Assembly (NCBI GenBank): GCA_024644085.1
Contig: JAHELS010000004.1
Location: forward strand, 894 to 64,893
Source: Rhodopirellula sp.
GTDB taxonomy: Bacteria > Planctomycetota > Planctomycetia > Pirellulales > Pirellulaceae
Length of the DNA stretch: 64,000 bases
Direction: 5' to 3'
The translations under genes were made by a program, and so were the position numbers. Numbering within the stretch: the first letter of the stretch is position 1; each line of letters opens with the position of its first letter. The notes under the pieces are model-generated. The model was not told the origin of the DNA, ran no database searches, and saw only the letters and a list, made by a program, of their open reading frames with translations. Positions 58,636-64,000 of the stretch are shown here, piece after piece.

Positions 58636-61600
58636 TCAGTTGTCCGCGGCCGCATTCTCGAAAACTTGGTTAAAAATCGCGCGGTTGCCCTGGCGCGCCT
58701 GTTGGCATTGTTCCAGGATGACGCGGGGATCGTCTTCATTCATCAAGAACGCGAGTTTTTCGATCTGTTCGTCGTCTTGGGGCAATTCATGTCGGGCCGG
58801 AGTATTCATGAGCCGCAAGTTTGCTTCGATTCGGCGAAGTGTGCGGTAGCCATGGATCAAACCGAGAGATTGAGACTGTTCCAAATAGCCGGCGTCGGCG
58901 AGGGCAACCAGAGAAGCCGTGGTTCCCTGCCTGATGATGTCGGGTGATTGCGAGGCGTATCGAAGCGTTAACATCTGGGCAACGAATTCCACGTCCACGG
59001 TACCACCTTCGCCCCGTTTGAGGTTTCCCGAGTGCGCAGTTTGTTGCATCCTTTCTCGCATTTCGCGGACCTGCTCCGCCATGCTGTTTTGCCAGACCGT
59101 TTCACAAATGATTTCTGCGACCGCTGCATCGAGCTTTTGACGAAGATGACGCGACCCCGAAATCGCCCGCGCCTTGCAGATCGCAAGTCGTTGCCACAGA
59201 GGTGCCGATCCACTTTGAAACCGGTCAAGGAAATCTTCGATCGTTGTCGCCCAGACACCTTCTTCACCCGTGTCCCGAAGTCGAGAATCGAGTTCGTAGA
59301 GACGCCCCGCTTGACCTGAATTGTTGATGCGCGTGATCACGCACTGGGTCAGCTGGTTAAAAAACAAATGGTTGCTAAGTGTCGCGCGGTGTCCGCCGAC
59401 TCGGCGACACGTCTCGCCCTCGGCCGAGTAAAGAAAGATCGCGTCCAGGTCGCTGTGGTAGTTCGGCTCGCGGCCGCCAAGTTTTCCCAATGCAAGAGCG
59501 AGAAGCTCGGCTGGGTTCCCCTCCGCATCGACCGGGTCTCCGTAGTTTTCGGCAAGCGATTCCTGTTCGTAGGCGATCATGCGGCGCACGCAGGCTTCCG
59601 CAGTATCACCGATCGCCTGGTGAATCGCTTCGAGACTTTCCTTGCCGAGCATGTCGCGGACACCGATGTTCAAGTGCGCGCCGTTCTTGAAACTGTGCAG
59701 AATAAGCTCGACGTCAGCAGCGCCCCGGCAGAGCTCGATCGAATGAGCGTCGAGTCGCTCAGCGGAAGGTAGTCGATTCATCAGCAGGGAGTCGATCAAT
59801 TCGTCGATCATGCCGGGATTCTGCGTCAGGATTCCGCTCAGGTAAGGCGTCGTCGCGCACAGTCGCACCATCAGCTCCATCGTGGCACGGCTGCTGCCGA
59901 GTAATTCCCAAAGCGTCGCTTTAGCACCCAAGGAGTCGGTCACCTCAACCAGTGACGACAGCGCAGCGTGTGGATCCGGTGTTCGCGAGACCTCCTCGAG
60001 CAGCGCGGGTGAAATGGCGGAGAAAAAGTGACGGCAGCGGTGAGGCGATAGGAATGGAACGGATTCAGTACTTAGCGCGGCGAGGTCCTGCATTGCCCGC
60101 GTGGCATCGGGGAGGTTATGGCGAAGCATGGTCGCCTCGACAGTGGCCGGATCGGGATCGGGATCTAAGAGTAGCTCCGTTTCGATCGCCACCTCGTCGC
60201 TGGTGCTCGGAGTGTCAAGCATCAGGTGATTGATCATCTTGCGATTCTTGTCGAACGTGTCGCTGAGAAGTTGCTCGAACCGCTCCAGGTCGCCTCCCGA
60301 TCCGTCCGCGGCCCGGATTCCCAGGTGCCAAGCCAGCCGTTTTCGTGCCACGGGGTCGATTGGCAATGCCCGACCGCCGGCGTCGAACATCATTGACATC
60401 AGGTTTTGCAGCCGACAAAGCCGCGCGTGGTTCTCCGAAAGCAGGGTGGATTCCTGATGGGTCAGGCATCCCGAGCGCTGAAGCGCGACGATCGCTTCGT
60501 GAGTATTGCGGCATCGTACCGAAGTCAGATTGCCGCCATGCAGGAGTTGCAGGAACTGGACGGTCAATTCAAGATCATCGCGTCCGCCGGCGGCACGGGC
60601 AATGTCATCGATCGATGACGACGGTTGTTCGGCGCGTTTTTCCAATTTGTGCCGTAGCGTGCCAATCTCGGCGAGTTCCACGCGGCTGACGTATTGACGA
60701 TAGACCCAGGGTGTCAGCCGGTTGAGCATCGCTTCGCCGAGCGATTTCGATCCGGCAACCACCCGCGCCTTGACGAAGCTCAGCCGTTGCCATGTGCGTC
60801 CCGCCGTTTCGTAGATCCGAATCGCCTCGCGGAAACTGCAAATGTGAACACCGACCTCGTGTCGCGGCCCTTCGCGCAAATCGACGCTGATACCCAATGA
60901 TTGGTTTTCACTGCCGCGCAACAAGCTGACCAGCTCGTCGACGAGTGTGCTGTAGAATTCGCGATGCCAGGTGTTCTGGTTATCGATTGAATCGTAAAGG
61001 AATACCAAAGTCATTGGCGACGAGTAGCTCATCTCCTCCCCGCCCAGGTTTCCCAGTCCGATTACCACGACTTCGGGGATGGTGCCGTCAGGTCGCTGCG
61101 GAAGGCCACGCCGATCCGACAGCCGGGAATGCACGTAATTCAAGCTCGATTCGATAACAGCGTCGGCGACACATGCCAGGCGCCGCCCCGCTTTCTCGGG
61201 CGAAAGATTCTCGACGAACTCCGCGTGAGCGATTCGCAGGACTTCACGCGAATAGAACTTTCGGATCACGAGACCTGCACGATTGGCGTGTTCGATCTCG
61301 TTGAGCGAACGTGTTAAGTCCTCGACGAGATGACTGCGGCTGGACGCCGCAAAGTCACTCGCTCTCAAAACCGCAAAAACGGAAGGATCGCAAATCAGCC
61401 GGTTCGCCAATCCTGGGCCAATCGCGAGAAGTCGAAGAAGGACCGCTAGCGCGCCCGAGTCGCTCTCGAGCAAGGACACCAACTTCTCTGGCGAAGGCGT
61501 CGCGGCAACGAAACGGCTGAGGTTTGCGAGCACGGAATCGCGATCGTCAAACTGTGGAAAATGTTCGAGCAAGCCCTGGCGAAGGCGGTACAGGGATTCC

Positions 61601-61728
61601 GCGGAGGCACCGCAGGACCAGATCGCCCGTAGGCTTTCTCGCGCCGATTCCGGGTCGGCCAGCGAAAGGCCGTCAATCCAATCAAAGTTCTCCTCGATTG
61701 GCTCGGGAGGTTGCTGGGCGGCTTCCAT
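58636..61728 (-). CDS. glnE: Glutamine synthetase adenylyltransferase GlnE (N-terminal site degenerate)
   Basis: Two-repeat architecture; C-half has ALGKLGGREPNYHSDLDAIF, LYELDSRLR and NLKRGEGGTVDVEF. Confidence 0.92.
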   Translation of the reverse strand: MEAAQQPPEPIEENFDWIDGLSLADPESARESLRAIWSCGASAESLYRLRQGLLEHFPQFDDRDSVLANLSRFVAATPSPEKLVSLLESDSGALAVLLRLLAIGPGLANRLICDPSVFAVLRASDFAASSRSHLVEDLTRSLNEIEHANRAGLVIRKFYSREVLRIAHAEFVENLSPEKAGRRLACVADAVIESSLNYVHSRLSDRRGLPQRPDGTIPEVVVIGLGNLGGEEMSYSSPMTLVFLYDSIDNQNTWHREFYSTLVDELVSLLRGSENQSLGISVDLREGPRHEVGVHICSFREAIRIYETAGRTWQRLSFVKARVVAGSKSLGEAMLNRLTPWVYRQYVSRVELAEIGTLRHKLEKRAEQPSSSIDDIARAAGGRDDLELTVQFLQLLHGGNLTSVRCRNTHEAIVALQRSGCLTHQESTLLSENHARLCRLQNLMSMMFDAGGRALPIDPVARKRLAWHLGIRAADGSGGDLERFEQLLSDTFDKNRKMINHLMLDTPSTSDEVAIETELLLDPDPDPATVEATMLRHNLPDATRAMQDLAALSTESVPFLSPHRCRHFFSAISPALLEEVSRTPDPHAALSSLVEVTDSLGAKATLWELLGSSRATMELMVRLCATTPYLSGILTQNPGMIDELIDSLLMNRLPSAERLDAHSIELCRGAADVELILHSFKNGAHLNIGVRDMLGKESLEAIHQAIGDTAEACVRRMIAYEQESLAENYGDPVDAEGNPAELLALALGKLGGREPNYHSDLDAIFLYSAEGETCRRVGGHRATLSNHLFFNQLTQCVITRINNSGQAGRLYELDSRLRDTGEEGVWATTIEDFLDRFQSGSAPLWQRLAICKARAISGSRHLRQKLDAAVAEIICETVWQNSMAEQVREMRERMQQTAHSGNLKRGEGGTVDVEFVAQMLTLRYASQSPDIIRQGTTASLVALADAGYLEQSQSLGLIHGYRTLRRIEANLRLMNTPARHELPQDDEQIEKLAFLMNEDDPRVILEQCQQARQGNRAIFNQVFENAAADN

Positions 61729-62248
61729 GGAGTGACCGACGGTTTTTGGAATGAATTGTGGCGCAATTCTAGGAACGATTGTTCCGTCCTGCGCATCACA
61801 GCGTGGAATACCGAGGCCACTGTCCCGCCTACGTCATTTCCGCCCCCGTCTGAATCGTTTGATGGGGTGGACGGTTGACTACCAGTGGATTCGAGAAGGC
61901 GCGGGGTCTGTTGAACGGCCGCTACCAACATGCCCAGTGTAAATCCGTCCGGTCATAGCGTGTAGACCGCGACCCCCAGGTCAGCATCGGCCATCGGCGA
62001 CGCACCGATTCCGGTTGCAACGGCTTTTGGGAGTGCACACGCGCGACCGAGGTTGATTTTGCGAATCATCCGCCGTGGACAATTCGCAACACCCGGGGAA
62101 CGCCGGCAAGCATAACGCTGGCCGTAAATCATTGCTCACCAATGGTTTGCTGCAGATGTTGAGCTGCGAGTCGGCCCCTCGGCACCACTCCTGCTTGGTT
62201 CTCAACAACGAAATGACCGCCAAGAGAACCGGATACGAGGAGCCGTGG

Positions 62249-63826
62249 ATGGGTAAGAAATTCAGCCGACGAAGCCTGCAAGATGATGCCTTTGATGCCG
62301 AAGAGTCGATCACGCGGCGATCGCGTGTGATGGGACAGGAATTTGCGGATGCGCATGACGACGATATCCGACCCGAGGACGAGCGGTCGCGCCGGCGGGA
62401 CGAAACCAGCGCAGATCCAACCGAGGACCCGGTGCGGATGTACCTGATGCAAATGGGCCAGATCCCGTTGCTGACGCGGGAACAGGAGGTATCGGCGGCA
62501 AAACAGATCGAGACCACGCGAGATCGCTATCGTCACTCGATGCTGGCCACTGACTTCCTGTTGCAGGGCGCATTGAAGCTTCTCGAGCAGGTTCGCGACA
62601 AGAAACTGCGTCTCGATCGTACGATCGAGGTCAGCGTGACCAACGCGGTCGAGAAAAAGGCGATCATGCAGCGCATCGTTCCCAACGTACGCACCCTCCA
62701 GCACCTGTTGAGCGAAAATCGCGCCGACTACATGACCGCGATTAACAAGCGGTTGCCGATGCGTCAACGTCGAGCGGCATGGAAGAATCTCGTGATCCGA
62801 CGTAACAAGGCAGTCCGTCTGGTTGAAGAGATGAACTTGCGGACCGGAAAGCTCCAGCCATTGTTCGAGAAACTGCGCCGGGCGTCGCGACGGATGCTGG
62901 AGATCCAGGCCCTGTTGGCTGACACGGAGTCGCTACAACTGCCCGGAATGCCCACCGTTGACGAATTGAAAAGCGAGCTCCGGTACCTGATGCGATTGAC
63001 CTTCGAGACTCCCAAAACACTCGATCGACGGATCACCCGATGTGACTCTTATCGTGACGACTACGACGCTGCCAAGCGAGTTTTGTCCGCGGGTAACTTG
63101 CGACTCGTCGTCTCGATCGCAAAAAAGTACCGTAACCGAGGTCTGTCATTCCTCGATCTCATCCAGGAAGGCAACACCGGTCTGATGCGTGCGGTCGACA
63201 AGTTCGAGCACGCCCGAGGCTACAAGTTCAGCACCTACGCAACGTGGTGGATCCGCCAGGCGATCACCCGCGCGATTGCTGACCAAAGCCGCACCATTCG
63301 CGTGCCGGTGCATATGATCGACACCATGAACAAGATTCGACAGATCACCCGAGATCTGGTCCAGGAGATTGGCCGCGAACCGACGGCCGAAGAAGTCTGT
63401 GCCCGAAGCGGATTGTCGATCGAAGATACCCGTGTGATTCTGAAAATGAGCCGCCAACCGCTTTCGCTCGATCAGCCGATAGGTGACCACGAGGACAGCG
63501 TGTTTGGCGAATTCCTCGAAGATCACCGTAATGACGATCCGTTGATGGAAACCAACCGCGAGGCACTCAAGGCCCAGATCGATTCGGCAATGGAGACCTT
63601 GAATTACCGAGAACGCGAAATCCTGCGGCTGCGATACGGATTGGCCGATGGATACACCTACACCCTGGAAGAAGTCGGCCGGATCTTCCAAGTCACCCGC
63701 GAACGTGTGCGACAGATCGAAAGCAAAGCTGTCCGCAAACTGCAGCAGCCGTATCGAGCGAAATCTCTTGTCAGCTTTCTAGACGGTGCGGAGTTGTCGC
63801 TGCTCGAAGGAAGCGAAGCGCTCTAA
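62249..63826 (+). CDS. rpoD: RpoD/SigA-like sigma-70 factor lacking region 1.1
   Basis: [55 protein letters not shown]...[10 protein letters not shown]; GAGGAG RBS before ATG 62249. May be a paralogue rather than the primary sigma. Confidence 0.9.
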   Translation: MGKKFSRRSLQDDAFDAEESITRRSRVMGQEFADAHDDDIRPEDERSRRRDETSADPTEDPVRMYLMQMGQIPLLTREQEVSAAKQIETTRDRYRHSMLATDFLLQGALKLLEQVRDKKLRLDRTIEVSVTNAVEKKAIMQRIVPNVRTLQHLLSENRADYMTAINKRLPMRQRRAAWKNLVIRRNKAVRLVEEMNLRTGKLQPLFEKLRRASRRMLEIQALLADTESLQLPGMPTVDELKSELRYLMRLTFETPKTLDRRITRCDSYRDDYDAAKRVLSAGNLRLVVSIAKKYRNRGLSFLDLIQEGNTGLMRAVDKFEHARGYKFSTYATWWIRQAITRAIADQSRTIRVPVHMIDTMNKIRQITRDLVQEIGREPTAEEVCARSGLSIEDTRVILKMSRQPLSLDQPIGDHEDSVFGEFLEDHRNDDPLMETNREALKAQIDSAMETLNYREREILRLRYGLADGYTYTLEEVGRIFQVTRERVRQIESKAVRKLQQPYRAKSLVSFLDGAELSLLEGSEAL

Positions 63827-63999
63827 TCACCTAGTTCGTGCATGAAGATGGCAGCGGCGACCGCGGCGTTAAGGCTATCGATGCCATGATGCATCGGAAT
63901 CGTCACCCGGTCCGTTGCCACATGCAGGAGTTCGGGGTCGAGCCCCTCGGCCTCGTTGCCGATCATCAAAATGATCTTTCGCCCGTCCCGCACGAAATG
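63823..63999 (-). CDS. TrmH/SpoU family RNA methyltransferase, C-terminal part (5' end outside the window)
   Basis: Hand translation gives ...[12 protein letters not shown]...[27 protein letters not shown]; its stop overlaps the sigma-factor stop. Confidence 0.9.
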   Translation of the reverse strand, partial: HFVRDGRKIILMIGNEAEGLDPELLHVATDRVTIPMHHGIDSLNAAVAAAIFMHELGD

Positions 64000-64000
64000 C

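Noticed and set aside
1-64000. tRNA, rRNA, IS, integrase or prophage
   Set aside because: No such motifs or ORFs seen and no evident compositional island; this was assessed by eye only.

Overview
Gene-dense, GC-rich bacterial chromosome segment, almost certainly Planctomycetota (Pirellulaceae-like), judged from the DUF1501, DUF1549/DUF1553, planctomycete cytochrome c, YTV-repeat and Minf_1886 genes. I call about 50 CDSs and see no rRNA, tRNA, CRISPR array, IS or phage. Main blocks: (1) a minus-strand run of MFS permease, exported methyltransferase, Minf_1886, PSP1/RicT, WD40 and prenyltransferase-repeat genes; (2) sugar isomerase-thiS-thiG; (3) two DUF1501/DUF1549-DUF1553 cytochrome modules, one a tightly coupled four-gene cassette with a PPC protein and a cytochrome c-WD40-coiled-coil protein; (4) a YTV-type Cys-rich envelope protein; (5) an 11-gene alternative complex III + SCO + caa3 (A2-type) oxidase operon; (6) PIN/TRAM, DUF1080, sulfatase, glnE and an RpoD-like sigma factor. 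The most interesting signals are: the YTV protein looks like one roughly 55-60 nm charge-zipped antiparallel beta-hairpin with Cys clusters at base and tip; the four-gene DUF1501 redox cassette; a GlnE whose removase site is degenerate; His-rich appendages on five ACIII/oxidase subunits; and a box-palindrome-box operator upstream of that operon. All family calls come from motif recognition by eye, with no database search. Many start codons were moved downstream of the ORF-track starts and remain provisional.
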